Source: an uncultured Nitrospiraceae bacterium
GTDB taxonomy: Bacteria > Nitrospirota > Thermodesulfovibrionia > Thermodesulfovibrionales > Dissulfurispiraceae
Assembly: GCA_963705105.1 (NCBI GenBank)
Contig: CAVPIW010000006.1
Location: 768,001 to 832,000, forward strand
Length of the DNA stretch: 64,000 nucleotides
Direction: 5' to 3'
The stretch's first letter is position 1. Each line of letters opens with the position of its first letter. Made by a program: the position numbers and the translations under genes. Positions 11,298 to 21,651 of the stretch are shown one piece after another. Under the pieces are notes generated by a model. The model saw only the letters and a program-made list of their open reading frames with translations, was not told the origin of the DNA and ran no database searches.

Positions 11298-11759
11298 ATG
11301 AAACGTTGCACCGGTCTTACCATCCTGTTCGTTGTACTCGCATTCGCCTTGATCATGGGAGGCTGCAGCCAGAAGCAGGAAGGCCCCGCGCCGGCATCAA
11401 AGCCTGCGGCAAAGGCAGTGAACATGCAGGACGGTCAGTGGGAGATCACCTCGTCCGTCGAGATGCCGAACCTGCCTGCCGGCGCCTCAAAGCCCCACAC
11501 CTTCACCACCTGCATGAATCAGAAAGATAACGTGCCGAAGAGCGCCGAAAGGTCTGACTGCACCATGCAGGAATCGAAGATCGAGGGCGACACCGTCACG
11601 TGGACGATGGTCTGCAAGGACTCGACGAGCAAGGGGAAGATCACCTATGCAGGCGCATCCTTCGACGGCCAGATTCAGACGACGATGAAGGAGCGCGGTG
11701 AAGCCATGACGGTGAATATGACCATGAAGGGAAAACACCTCGGTCCCTGCCCGAAGTAA
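11298..11759 (+). CDS. Lipoprotein, DUF3617-like
   Basis: Lipobox-like MGGC, GQWEITSSVEMP, C-terminal GKHLGPC. Confidence 0.8.
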   Translation: MKRCTGLTILFVVLAFALIMGGCSQKQEGPAPASKPAAKAVNMQDGQWEITSSVEMPNLPAGASKPHTFTTCMNQKDNVPKSAERSDCTMQESKIEGDTVTWTMVCKDSTSKGKITYAGASFDGQIQTTMKERGEAMTVNMTMKGKHLGPCPK

Positions 11760-11772
11760 GGTATACGCGGGC

Positions 11773-13047
11773 TCAGGTGGATTTCTCGGCAAAGATGAGG
11801 TGATCGAATATGAGGACCGTCACGATGCCGACGACGAATCCGTTTCCGAGGACAGGGCGGAGGAGGACCGGGATCTCCTGAATGACGGTCTGCGGAAGGA
11901 GCGATACGATCGTCCCCGCGAGAAGAGAGAACCCGATGGTGAGCCCGTCTTCGAAGCGGGGCTTTCCCTTTTCAAAGGCGGCGCTCAGCCCGGCCCCGAC
12001 CTGTGAGGACAGGGTGAAGACCAGGATCCCACCGATCACCGTCTGCGGAATGGCGCCGGCGATGCCGAGAAGGACCGGAGAAAAAGAGATGATCAGCAGC
12101 ATGAGGGCCGCCGGAATGAAGGCATAGCGCGAGGCGCACCCGAGTGTGGCAATCAGGCCGGGACTCAGGGAGAAGTTGACGGGACCCACGACGCCGAGAC
12201 CGCCGGCGGCGATGTTCATCAGCCCCGTGACGGTCAGGCCGCGCGTCACGCGCCGGTGCATGTCCGGGGGATTCAGGAGGGGGACGACGGCCTGCATGGA
12301 GCCTATATCGTTGACCGACAGCGCGAGAAAGCACAGCAGAAAAGCGAGGACCGTCCCCGGTTCAAAGACGGGATCGGTCACGTGCTGAAGGAAACCGGCG
12401 AATAGCCGCACATCCGCAGGATAGAGAGTCTCCGGGGCCGGAAAGACGATGTAGTACGCGAGGCTGCCGAAAACGAGCCCCATGAGAATGATCGACGACC
12501 GCCAGAAGCCTCCGAGATATCGGTATATCATGAAGAGCGCCACAACGAAGACAACGGCAAAGGTGAAACGATCTGCGCCGCCGTCCTGAAAGGGTCCGGT
12601 GATAAGGTGGACCACCGTGGGGAGCATCGTAAAGGCGATGAGCAGGATCGTGACTGCCACGACGCGCGGAGTGAACAGCCGCTGGATAAAGTCGAAAACC
12701 CGCAGCACCGACAGACAGGCCATTACCACTCCTCCGAATGCAATGGCCGAGTAGACCGCATCGGGCGACGTCCGGCTGCCCAGCAGTCCGATGAGGAGGA
12801 CCGTCGACGGTCCCACGACAATGGGGAGACGGTGCCCTTGCATGACCTGCACCAGGAGCATCAGGCCCGTCACAAAGGCGGACTTCTGAAGATAGGCAGT
12901 CCGGAGGTCAGCCCCGGTGAAATGGATGTTCCCCGCGACGGCGCCGACGATCACGATGAAGGGGACGGAAATAACGAACCATTGCAGGCCGAAGAAGAAA
13001 AGCTCACGGGGCGGTAACCGCTCGTCGATGCCGTACCTGATCTCCAT
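11773..13047 (-). CDS. Xanthine/uracil (NCS2) permease
   Basis: YGIDERLP, GLQW, GHRLPIVVGPS, many TM segments. Confidence 0.88.
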   Translation of the reverse strand: MEIRYGIDERLPPRELFFFGLQWFVISVPFIVIVGAVAGNIHFTGADLRTAYLQKSAFVTGLMLLVQVMQGHRLPIVVGPSTVLLIGLLGSRTSPDAVYSAIAFGGVVMACLSVLRVFDFIQRLFTPRVVAVTILLIAFTMLPTVVHLITGPFQDGGADRFTFAVVFVVALFMIYRYLGGFWRSSIILMGLVFGSLAYYIVFPAPETLYPADVRLFAGFLQHVTDPVFEPGTVLAFLLCFLALSVNDIGSMQAVVPLLNPPDMHRRVTRGLTVTGLMNIAAGGLGVVGPVNFSLSPGLIATLGCASRYAFIPAALMLLIISFSPVLLGIAGAIPQTVIGGILVFTLSSQVGAGLSAAFEKGKPRFEDGLTIGFSLLAGTIVSLLPQTVIQEIPVLLRPVLGNGFVVGIVTVLIFDHLIFAEKST

Positions 13048-13072
13048 ACCGTTCAGCGCACCTATACCTCTA

Positions 13073-13424
13073 TCCTTGCAACAGGACACCCGGAAAGGCG
13101 GGGCGAAGATGCCACCGCAAGAAGCCATTCAGTTATTGAGCCATTAAGTCATTCGTCAGCAGTCGAAAGCCGGGACCACATTACGATTGACCAGACGGGA
13201 AGGCTGATGTGGTGAAAAGCCTTTCCTCTAAGATACCCTGTTCGTCCCCAGACCACCCTTTGCCGTGTCTACCGATACCACAAGTCCGCCAGGCAACAGG
13301 CGCTGAACACCTTGAGATGTCTCATCATCGCATTGGAAAGGCCTTTGAACCATATCTGCCTTCCCGGCGACCGTATCGCTATCAGCAATACTTTGAGGCA
13401 CTTCGTCCCGCCTTTTCATACAAC
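13073..13424. repeat. Complete copy of the modular palindromic repeat
   Basis: Outer arms GGAAAGGCGGGGCGAAG...CTTCGTCCCGCCTTTTC enclose an inner ~170 bp module with its own ~30 bp inverted ends. Confidence 0.85.
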
Positions 13425-13442
13425 GTCCCGCCGGTGAGCCGG

Positions 13443-13814
13443 TCACTCGTCATCGGCGATAACTTCCTCATCCTCGGACTTCCAGGCCGGATCGACGATG
13501 CAGAGGAATATAAGGTCCGCCGTCCCTGTGTTCCTGATGCGCTGGACCGACCGCGGCGGTATATAGACGGCATGGCCCGCCCGGACAGGCGCCGACTCGT
13601 CGTCGATGTGCATGATCCCCTCACCCTGAAGGATGTAGTAGACCTCGGAAGTGTAAAGACGGTGACGATGCGTGATCTCGCCGGGCCTGACAATCGCATG
13701 GGCAAGGCTGTACCGCAGATCGAGGTCGTCTTTCAGGGGATTGAACAGCTCCCTGAGGGTCGTGTTGTCGCCGGCGACGAACTCCTCACAGGCGACAAGG
13801 TCCCGGATGAACAT
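13443..13814 (-). CDS. Cupin domain protein
   Basis: HRH-x4-EVYYILQGEG...IPP cupin motifs. Confidence 0.9.
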   Translation of the reverse strand: MFIRDLVACEEFVAGDNTTLRELFNPLKDDLDLRYSLAHAIVRPGEITHRHRLYTSEVYYILQGEGIMHIDDESAPVRAGHAVYIPPRSVQRIRNTGTADLIFLCIVDPAWKSEDEEVIADDE

Positions 13815-13825
13815 CTGCCTGCGGC

Positions 13826-14323
13826 TCAGCGGACAATCTCCGCGAGAAGGGGCTGAAGGTTCCTGACCCCTTCGCTGCAGTCGCCGTCCATGGGGAAACG
13901 GCCTTTTTCATCGGCCCAGAGGATCTGGAGACCCCTGAAGCCGCCCCCCTTGTAAAAGGTCTCTGCCCTGCAGAGAACCCACGCTGCAACGTGCTGCGGC
14001 ACCTCAACGAAGGTGACCGTGAAATTCCCCGCATTCCGGAGCATGTTTTCCACGCTCCCGAGAGAGGCGCCGTCTTTGACGAGGGCCGCCGCCTCGGTGA
14101 GCACGGTATGGGAATCCTCCTGGTTGAGGCCGAAGACGACCAGTTCAGGATGATTCGACGTCTTCTCCAGACCGACCGTGTAGGCATAGGAAGGAACATC
14201 TTCAAAGGCATAGACAATGCTGTATCCCTTTTGCCGGACGGCATATTCGAGCATCTTTATCTGCGCGGCGGACAGGCCGGTACCGCCACCGCAGGACCCG
14301 CAGCTTCCGTGAGCGTCACACAT
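13826..14323 (-). CDS. DUF4262-like protein
   Basis: YAYTVGL...HPELVVFGL, QILWADEKGRFP; RBS before ATG at 14323. Confidence 0.75.
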   Translation of the reverse strand: MCDAHGSCGSCGGGTGLSAAQIKMLEYAVRQKGYSIVYAFEDVPSYAYTVGLEKTSNHPELVVFGLNQEDSHTVLTEAAALVKDGASLGSVENMLRNAGNFTVTFVEVPQHVAAWVLCRAETFYKGGGFRGLQILWADEKGRFPMDGDCSEGVRNLQPLLAEIVR

Positions 14324-14456
14324 GGTTTGTACCTCCCCGGTTCGTGAAAAGAGTGATACGTCGTACGAGTGCGGCAACCGCACCTCGCATAAGCTTCCTC
14401 TTTGTATGATACGAATCATGGACGCAGTCTGTAAATAGCCTTGCGTGACATGAGCC

Positions 14457-14657
14457 TTCCGGAAAGGCGGGGCGTATGCGCCGAAAACCTTGCTGCGGCG
14501 ACACCGTAACCCTCACAGAAGAGAACCTTTCAAGCCAAAGTTCGATCAGATAAATAGTAGAATCCCGAAAGACAAGCCTAACGAGGCTCATCGTCGCCTT
14601 CAGCAAGGCTTTGAGGCGTTTCGCCACGCCTTTCTATGCAACTGCAAGGTAAGGTTA
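14457..14657. repeat. Intergenic palindromic repeat copy
   Basis: GGAAAGGCGGGGCGTATGCGCCGAAAACCTTGCTG ... CAGCAAGGCTTTGAGGCGTTTCGCCACGCCTTTC. Confidence 0.8.
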
Positions 14658-14803
14658 CCTGTGTGACACCAGGTAATATGGCCCCTTGTCCTCTTCTTTA
14701 ACGGGAACCGTTCAGGATGGAAGCATAAATCCCTCCGGCACGCTGATCTTCCATTACCTGCAACTTCTTGACAGTTTTTCTGCATTGCTGCTAAACTGCG
14801 ATT

Positions 14804-15085
14804 ATGAAAGCGACTCTGACTATTACCAGCCGCGGCGTGGTCACGCTGCCGGCTAAGCTCCGCCAGGCGATGGGCCTGAAGACCAATGACCAGTTGATCG
14901 CGGAGACAACCGCTGAAGGCCTGTTGCTGCGCCCTGCCGTTACCCTGCCCATAGAGATATACAGCGAAGATCGCGTCCGTGAGTTCGACGAGGCCGAGGC
15001 GGACCTGGCGCACATCCTGCGCCCTGTCACCGAGATCCCCAAAACTCCGGGGCCTCGCAAGCGAGTGGCCAAGCGCAGACGCTGA
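14804..15085 (+). CDS. AbrB/MazE/SpoVT-type antitoxin
   Basis: ITSRGVVTLPAKLRQAMGL...EGLLLRP; directly upstream of a PIN gene. Confidence 0.85.
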   Translation: MKATLTITSRGVVTLPAKLRQAMGLKTNDQLIAETTAEGLLLRPAVTLPIEIYSEDRVREFDEAEADLAHILRPVTEIPKTPGPRKRVAKRRR

Positions 15086-15099
15086 GTCGGCGCGGGCTG

Positions 15100-15510
15100 A
15101 TGCGCATCTTTCTCGACGCGAACATTCTCTTTTCCGCTGCCAAGTCCGACGGAGCAGTCCGGGAATTACTCGCCCGCTTCCATGCCGCAGGACACACCCT
15201 GTGCGCTGACGCTTACGTGGTGGCCGAAGCCCGTCGCAACCTCGAAGAGAAGGGCGCCAACGCCCTTAAAGCTTTCAGGGCGTTGCTGGCACAGCTGGAA
15301 GTGGCGCCGTTCCAAGCGACCGGGTTGCCGCCCGACGCGTCAGCACTCCTGCCCGAGAAGGACCGACTGGTGCTTGCCGCTGCAATCCGTCTGGGCTGTG
15401 ATGCCCTGGTCACCGGCGACCGGACGCATTTCGGGGTACTATACGGCAAAGAGGTCGGTGGGGTAAGGATTCAATCTCCGCGTTCGCTTGCCCAAGACCT
15501 GCTCGACTGA
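15100..15510 (+). CDS. PIN-domain (VapC-like) toxin
   Basis: IFLDANILFS, EARRN, KD..VLAAA, LVTGDRTHF. Confidence 0.9.
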   Translation: MRIFLDANILFSAAKSDGAVRELLARFHAAGHTLCADAYVVAEARRNLEEKGANALKAFRALLAQLEVAPFQATGLPPDASALLPEKDRLVLAAAIRLGCDALVTGDRTHFGVLYGKEVGGVRIQSPRSLAQDLLD

Positions 15511-15652
15511 AAGTGACCTTCATTCTCTTGCCTTGACCTGCCTTCTTACAGGTTTCCAGTCGGGGGAACCCCTCAGATGCATGAAGAGGCATGGCGAAGA
15601 TTAGGAGGATCAGATTAAACCTCCCCGGCAGAAAAGAGACTAAATAATCGAG

Positions 15653-16186
15653 ATGAATTTGAATCAGGAGGCGGAGATGATGAAAAGAAAAAAGGTTTTA
15701 GCAGTGATCGGCATCATACTGGTACTCGTGGCGTTTGCAGGCGGGATCAGCGCATACGCCCATTCGAAAGGAGGCGGTCATGAGAAAGCATGGAAGGGTT
15801 TCCCACACGCTTTTTTCACAATCGTTCATGAACTGAACCTGACGGACCAGCAGAAACATGACATCGCAGTCATCCTCGACAGCGACAGGGATGTCATGAT
15901 GGACCGCGTTGACGCCATGATTGCCGCGAAGAAAGCGCATTTTGAGGCAATCCATACTCTCCAGTTCAACGAGGGTGCAGTGAGAGATTCTTCGCGGAAC
16001 CTCGCGAAAGCCGAGGAAGAGCTCTCGGTGGAGCGGGCGAGGCTTGTGAGCAGGATTCTCGGCGTGATGACACAGGAGCAGTTGTCGATCCTCGAAAAGC
16101 ACAAAACCGCGATGGGAGGAAAGATCAGTGGCAAAATCGACCTTGCGCGGTCCTTTGTCACGGCATGGATAGAACGTAACAAGTAA
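15653..16186 (+). CDS. Spy/CpxP (LTXXQ) periplasmic chaperone-like protein
   Basis: Signal peptide, LNLTDQQK and VMTQEQ motifs. Confidence 0.8.
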   Translation: MNLNQEAEMMKRKKVLAVIGIILVLVAFAGGISAYAHSKGGGHEKAWKGFPHAFFTIVHELNLTDQQKHDIAVILDSDRDVMMDRVDAMIAAKKAHFEAIHTLQFNEGAVRDSSRNLAKAEEELSVERARLVSRILGVMTQEQLSILEKHKTAMGGKISGKIDLARSFVTAWIERNK

Positions 16187-16301
16187 TCGATCCCCCGTGG
16201 CCGACGGTGTCGGGCCGGGATACTCCTCCATCCCGGTCCGCGCCGTTCAAGAGCATCTCACCGGAATCGAGAAGTGATGGCATCACGTCCATGCGCCCCA
16301 T

Positions 16302-17381
16302 TCACCTCTTCGGATCCACCCGGAAAAGGGCGTTTCGCGCTGCGACGCGTACGAAGTCATCAGGGTCCCTCAACGCAGCAGTGAGGACGGGGATGGCCTC
16401 CCTGGCCTCAGTCCCCATCTCTCCGAGTGCACCGGCGGAGGCCGTCCGGACCTCGCGGCTCTTGTCCTCCTTCAGTGCCCGGATCAGGTCGGGTATCGCG
16501 GTCCTGGCTGACCCGGCGAGATCCCCGAGCGCTTTCGCTGAAGCCTCCCGGACCTTGGGGCTCCCGTCCTTCCCGAGGGCCTCGGCAAGAGCGGGCACGG
16601 CTTCCTTCGCGGCCGCGCCCATGCCGGCGAGAGCCGAGGCTGCGCAGGAGCGCAGGTGCTCCTCGGGGTCATCCCGGAGGACGAGGGTCAGCGCAGGGAC
16701 GACGTCCTTCTGCGGAGGCTTCAGGCTCCCGAGACGGAGCGCGACGTCGCACCGGACCGAGGAGTTCTTTGCGTAGAGGAGCTCGAGCAAAGGCTTCTTC
16801 ATCTCCTGCGCCGGGATCTTGATCGCGCGGAAGACATCACCCGCGCGCGACCTCACGTTGAAATCCTCAGCCTGGATCCCCGCAAGAGCGACATCAAGAA
16901 GCTCGCGGTCGTTCACGTATCCGAGGAGCGCTTTGGCGGCTGCCACCCGGGCGCTGAGACGCTGGTCCTTGAGGACCGGGCGAAGGTCCCCGACGAGTTC
17001 CTTCCGGTCGACCCCGAGGTTCTCAAGAGCCCCGGCGGCGTTAATGACCACAGATCCGTAGGGATCCTTCATTGCCTCGCGGAGAGCCGGGACCGCATCT
17101 TTTGCCGCGGGACCAAGTTCCCAGAGCGCACCGGCCGCTGCCGTCCTGACGCCCCAGTCCGGGTCCCTCAAAGCCTGGGACAACACTGGAGCGGCGTCGG
17201 TCGCCCCCATCGAGCCGAGCCGCTCGGCGGCCATTCTGCGTTCCCGGGGGTCCCTTGATTTTTCCAGGACCTTCATCAGCTTCTGGGCCTCCTCGCGCTT
17301 CGACTCCGCGAGAAGAGAGCCTGAGTCGCAGAGAAGAACGGCGGCGCAGGCGAAGGCAAGCAACTTCAGCACGATGTTCAT
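16302..17381 (-). CDS. Secreted HEAT/PBS-lyase repeat protein
   Basis: Signal peptide; repeated AVPAL...D..VR.AA.ALG units. Confidence 0.9.
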   Translation of the reverse strand: MNIVLKLLAFACAAVLLCDSGSLLAESKREEAQKLMKVLEKSRDPRERRMAAERLGSMGATDAAPVLSQALRDPDWGVRTAAAGALWELGPAAKDAVPALREAMKDPYGSVVINAAGALENLGVDRKELVGDLRPVLKDQRLSARVAAAKALLGYVNDRELLDVALAGIQAEDFNVRSRAGDVFRAIKIPAQEMKKPLLELLYAKNSSVRCDVALRLGSLKPPQKDVVPALTLVLRDDPEEHLRSCAASALAGMGAAAKEAVPALAEALGKDGSPKVREASAKALGDLAGSARTAIPDLIRALKEDKSREVRTASAGALGEMGTEAREAIPVLTAALRDPDDFVRVAARNALFRVDPKR

Positions 17382-17388
17382 GTTGTTC

Positions 17389-18957
17389 TCACTTTGCTCC
17401 CTGGATCAGCTTCTTCATCTCGGTGGTCTTTGCTGCATCGAGGAGAAGCCTTTTTTTCTGTCCCGCCTTCGCACCCGACGCGAGAAGAAACTTGACGACG
17501 TCGATGTGGTTCTCCTGGACGGCGCCATACAGGACGGGCGTGCCGGCGCTATCAACGTCGTTAACATTGGCTCCGGCTTTGACAAGAATCTGAACTATCT
17601 CGATCCTCCCGTACCGGGCGGCGCTCATGAGAGGCCCGATCTTGTACTGGTTTGCCCTGTTCACGTCGGCGCCGGCGTCCACGAGAGCGCTTACCATTTC
17701 CACGTCGCCCCGGTCGACGGCCTTCATCACCATCGTCTCGCCGTAGTCGAAGCGCGTATCCTTAGCCTGCCCGCCATCGTTGGCGTTGGCCCCACCGGCG
17801 AGGAGAGCCTTCACGGACTCGGTGTGTCCGCCCTCAACGGCCTCCCAGAGAGCCGTACGCCCCATCTCGTTCCGCGTCCCGGGGTCCATGCCCGCCTTCA
17901 GAAAGAGGCCGATGGCACGGACGTCCCCGGCCTCGACGCGGTTGAAGAATGTCTCTGTGTCGAAGGTGAAGCCGAGTTTCTTCAGGTCGGCCCTGGGATC
18001 GACCGAGGAGGTCGCGCCCGCGGCAGTGCTTTTAAGCGGGGCGATTGTCTTCTCCGTCGCGACGTCGACCCTTTTCGCCCCCTTGATCAGGTCGAGCGCG
18101 CGGACCGATCGGGCGCGCTCCGCGACCTGCTGCATTGTTTCGCCGCTCTTGTTCCTGGCGGCCGGGTCAGCACCTGCCGCAAGGAGAAGCGGGATTACCT
18201 CGACACGATCGTAGGTGACCGCGTCGAAGAGGGGGGTCTTCCCCTGAGAGTCGCGCTGGTCCACGCTGGCGCCTCCCTTGAGAAGGGCAGAGACGAACCC
18301 GGTCTTCCCCTTCGAGACCGCCTCGTGGAGGGCGGACTGGCCGCTCTTGAACTTGGCATTCACGTCGGCCCCCGCAGCGATCAGGGCGTTCAGAGCGTCG
18401 GGCTTCTCCGCTTTGACGGCGAAGTAGAGCGGGGTCTGGGAATACTTGTCCCGGGCTTCCAACTCGGCCCCGGCCTGCAGGAGCGCCGCGATCATCTGCG
18501 CGTCTCCCTTTTCAGCGGCGATGTGGAGGGCCGTCTTGCCCCAGCTGCAGACCGTTTTCGCGTCTGCGCCGGCCTGAAGAAGAGATGAGACGTTCATCAG
18601 GCGCTCGCCGTCGGCGGCGGCGCAGAGGGGCGTGTCACCGTCCTTTGCCTGGACATTCACCTTTGCCCCGGCTTTCAGGAGTTGGGCGAGCATCTTGCCG
18701 TCGTCGTGTCTGGCGGCGCCGTGGAGAGCCGTGCGCCCGTTCTTGTCCACCGAGTCGACGGGCATGCCTGCCTCGAGGAAGAGGCTGACCATCTTCCTGT
18801 TGTCCATGAAGACGTAATGGAAGAACTTCTCCGTCGTGAACGGGATGTAGTCGTCGTCCAGCTTCTTTCTCGCCGTGGCCTGATCGGCCAGAGCCGGTGA
18901 GGCGATGACGATTGCGAGAAAGGCAGACAGGACGATGACGGACGCGGACTTTCTCAT
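17389..18957 (-). CDS. Secreted ankyrin-repeat protein
   Basis: Signal peptide; more than 10 G.TALH/TPL..A...LL.AGADVN repeats in two modules. Confidence 0.92.
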   Translation of the reverse strand: MRKSASVIVLSAFLAIVIASPALADQATARKKLDDDYIPFTTEKFFHYVFMDNRKMVSLFLEAGMPVDSVDKNGRTALHGAARHDDGKMLAQLLKAGAKVNVQAKDGDTPLCAAADGERLMNVSSLLQAGADAKTVCSWGKTALHIAAEKGDAQMIAALLQAGAELEARDKYSQTPLYFAVKAEKPDALNALIAAGADVNAKFKSGQSALHEAVSKGKTGFVSALLKGGASVDQRDSQGKTPLFDAVTYDRVEVIPLLLAAGADPAARNKSGETMQQVAERARSVRALDLIKGAKRVDVATEKTIAPLKSTAAGATSSVDPRADLKKLGFTFDTETFFNRVEAGDVRAIGLFLKAGMDPGTRNEMGRTALWEAVEGGHTESVKALLAGGANANDGGQAKDTRFDYGETMVMKAVDRGDVEMVSALVDAGADVNRANQYKIGPLMSAARYGRIEIVQILVKAGANVNDVDSAGTPVLYGAVQENHIDVVKFLLASGAKAGQKKRLLLDAAKTTEMKKLIQGAK

Positions 18958-18999
18958 ATCATTCCCTTATTCTCCCCTATCAGGCCGATAGCGTGATAT

Positions 19000-19225
19000 T
19001 AACCTCACAGTTGCATGGAAAGGCGGGACGAAGCGCCTCAAATCCTTGCTGAAGGCGACATGCCCATTGTCAGCTTCGTGTTTCAGGAATCCACTCTTTG
19101 TGTCATCGACCGTTGACGTATACATCGTCTTGCCTTTCGGTGCAGGTGTCGCCGCATCAAGGTTTTCGGCGCATTCACCCCAACCCCGCCTTTCCCGGGA
19201 GTGTGTTGCAACGATAAGGTTAAGC
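19000..19225. repeat. Intergenic palindromic repeat copy
   Basis: 19000-19130 matches 60325-60456; 19144-19220 matches 1684-1760. Confidence 0.85.
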
Positions 19226-19308
19226 CACGAACACAAACTGTGGATGGTCAGCTCGGGGTTATGGTTCACAAAGTCACTTTCGTTGTGCTGCCTCCTGCCG
19301 TATTCCCG

Positions 19309-21000
19309 TTACCGGCCTGCAATCGCTGCAACCCGCAGAGCCAGCTTCTCAAGCGCCTCAGCAATACGCTCATTGTCCCGCTCAAGCTTCTCTATCCGTG
19401 CGTCCTTCTCTTGAATAAGCGCCTGCTGCTCCTTCACCACCTTCGTCAGCACCGCCACGATGTCCATAGTGCTCAGTCCCTTCCTGTCTCCCGTCGCCAC
19501 CAGTGCGGGCACGTCCTCGGCGATGAACCCCACATGCTGCTCCTCAGGGTTCGTCTTATAGCTGAAGGTCACGGGGTTCAATCCTTCCAACGCTTCAACC
19601 GCCTGAGCCGAGCTCAACTCCCTGACGTTATCCTTGTATTCCCGGCTGGACGCATCGAACCAGCTCGCTCCGTCCGAATAAGCCCCTGCGCCGAGCGTCA
19701 GCTTCCCCGTGAAGTCGATCGTCAGCCTCGTGGAGGGCAGGCAGACCGTCCCCACTGCGCAATCTTGCCTCGTGATGATCCGGTAGCCCGATCCTCCCGA
19801 TCCCGCCATGACCGCCTTGCCGTCAGGAGACTTCTGCACCCATCCGCCTGCAGCCGTGTCCCACATGGCGCCGGAAGAAACGAAAAAGTTGTTGTCGGAC
19901 ACTGATGTCAGCCAGCCGCCTACGTCGGTCCCTGTGTTTGTGAAGTGGAGTGTCGAGCGATTGGAGTTGTCGCCGTTGACGGATACCTTATACAGGGGAG
20001 AAGTGGTTCCTATCCCCACTCTGCTGGACAGCATGGAGATGTTGTGAGCGGGCGCCGGCAGGTCAGCGCGGATCCAGAGGTCGGAATTCTGGGCATGGAG
20101 GTCAATCGCGGTGCCATCCACCCTCATCGCGACGGACTTCGCTGCGCCCGCAGTGCTTTGCCTCAGTATGATTCGGCTCGTGCCGACGGCATCGATGATG
20201 TACGACGGCGCCGTATTATTGATGCCCAGGCGCTTGAGGGCGCGGTCGAAGAACATTCCGTTGTCGGCAAAATGGAGGTCGCCACTAGTGTCCACACCAA
20301 GAGAATTCAGGTTGTTCGAGGATGAGCATGCCGCAAAAACGTTCCTGGACCCACCCTGAAGATCACGAATGGTCAAGTTTGATGACGCTTCAATGTCGCA
20401 GTTAAGGTCCAGATACGTTTGGGCGCCCTGAATCTGCCACTCCGTCCCGCCGATTTCGGTGTCATCGAAAAAGACCGATGGGACACTGCCTGATGCGGTC
20501 AGATCGGCCGCTTCGGCATCCGGAACGAGAAAATCGAGGGCGGACTTTACGAATCGACCTAAGGTCTCCGCTAACCCGGGCAAAAGGCCGCCGATCTTCC
20601 TGTCTTCCCTCTTCCCCGGTACAACAACCTCGCCATTCTTAACCGTGAAAAACCCTGCCAGACGGTCGACAATTACCCCCGTCCCTGCGTCCACCAGCTG
20701 CACCTCGAAGCGGTACGAGGCATCGGCGAGATCGGAGGAGGGCAGCCACACCGGGCTCACCGTCGATTCCGCGTGGACGACGCCGATCCCGGGGCCTGCG
20801 ATGTCGATGCTTATCACTTCGGCCCCGGTGAGGTCCGCTGCTATCTCCAGTCCGCCTCCCGCTGCGCTTGCCGCCAGGCGCCACGACTGGCCGATGGTCT
20901 GACTTTGCGCTAGGGCTGGCAGGATCGCCAGAAAAGCTGCCAGGACCGCGATCAAAAGGACTCTATGACTCGATGCTCTGCTTTGTAGACTGACCTTCAT
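19309..21000 (-). CDS. Secreted fibre-like protein with C-terminal intramolecular chaperone (peptidase S74-like) and coiled coil
   Basis: Signal peptide, VGIGTTSP repeats, SSREYKDNV...LNPVTFSYK...GFIAEDVP. Confidence 0.8.
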   Translation of the reverse strand: MKVSLQSRASSHRVLLIAVLAAFLAILPALAQSQTIGQSWRLAASAAGGGLEIAADLTGAEVISIDIAGPGIGVVHAESTVSPVWLPSSDLADASYRFEVQLVDAGTGVIVDRLAGFFTVKNGEVVVPGKREDRKIGGLLPGLAETLGRFVKSALDFLVPDAEAADLTASGSVPSVFFDDTEIGGTEWQIQGAQTYLDLNCDIEASSNLTIRDLQGGSRNVFAACSSSNNLNSLGVDTSGDLHFADNGMFFDRALKRLGINNTAPSYIIDAVGTSRIILRQSTAGAAKSVAMRVDGTAIDLHAQNSDLWIRADLPAPAHNISMLSSRVGIGTTSPLYKVSVNGDNSNRSTLHFTNTGTDVGGWLTSVSDNNFFVSSGAMWDTAAGGWVQKSPDGKAVMAGSGGSGYRIITRQDCAVGTVCLPSTRLTIDFTGKLTLGAGAYSDGASWFDASSREYKDNVRELSSAQAVEALEGLNPVTFSYKTNPEEQHVGFIAEDVPALVATGDRKGLSTMDIVAVLTKVVKEQQALIQEKDARIEKLERDNERIAEALEKLALRVAAIAGR

Positions 21001-21405
21001 GTTGCCTCCTTGTCATGCGCAAAATGTAAAAACATTCGCCGTCGCCCATTGTCCACCCTTCTGTTGCATACGCCCCCGGAAAATGCGGGGCGAATGCGCC
21101 GGAAAGCATCGGTGCTGCGAAACCTTTGCCAAGGTCCTTGAAGCTTACTGCCTGTCACCCTCCGTCCCAAAGGGGATGGGTTTATTGGGAGCCTGCCTCA
21201 TCCATGGCCAAATCATATCGGAAAAAAGGCTGTCTGTCAATACGGCAATGTTCATCAATTTCCGCTGGAAACACGCCGCATTTTGCAAAGAAGTCAGAAG
21301 AGGCGGAGTTCAGGAAGTACACGATTCCTGACGCTGATGATTGGGGGGGAAGTAAGGTTTTTATGGCATTAGCAACATGCAAGCGACTGACATTTCAAAT
21401 TTGTT

Positions 21406-21503
21406 TGGCGGGAGCGTGTGGGAATCGAACCCACCCTGCCGGATTGTGGCCGGCAACACCGGATTTGAAGTCCGGGAGGGACACCAGAACCCTATGCACT
21501 CCC
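21406..21503 (-). tRNA. selC: tRNA-Sec (anticodon UCA)
   Basis: 98 nt; long acceptor stem GGGAGTG../..CGCTCCC-GCCA, anticodon arm CCGGA-CTTCAAA-TCCGG, long variable arm, GGTTCGATTCC. Confidence 0.96.
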
Positions 21504-21651
21504 AACAGAGAGTTTACGGAATCGGCGGGAAATTTGGCAAGTCGGGATAGGCCAGACGATTCCCTGTCTTCGCTTAACCTATATCCACACCGGCCTTGAA
21601 CACCTTGACGTCGAAGTCATTGCCTTTCTCCAACAGTCCGGCATGACCGGA

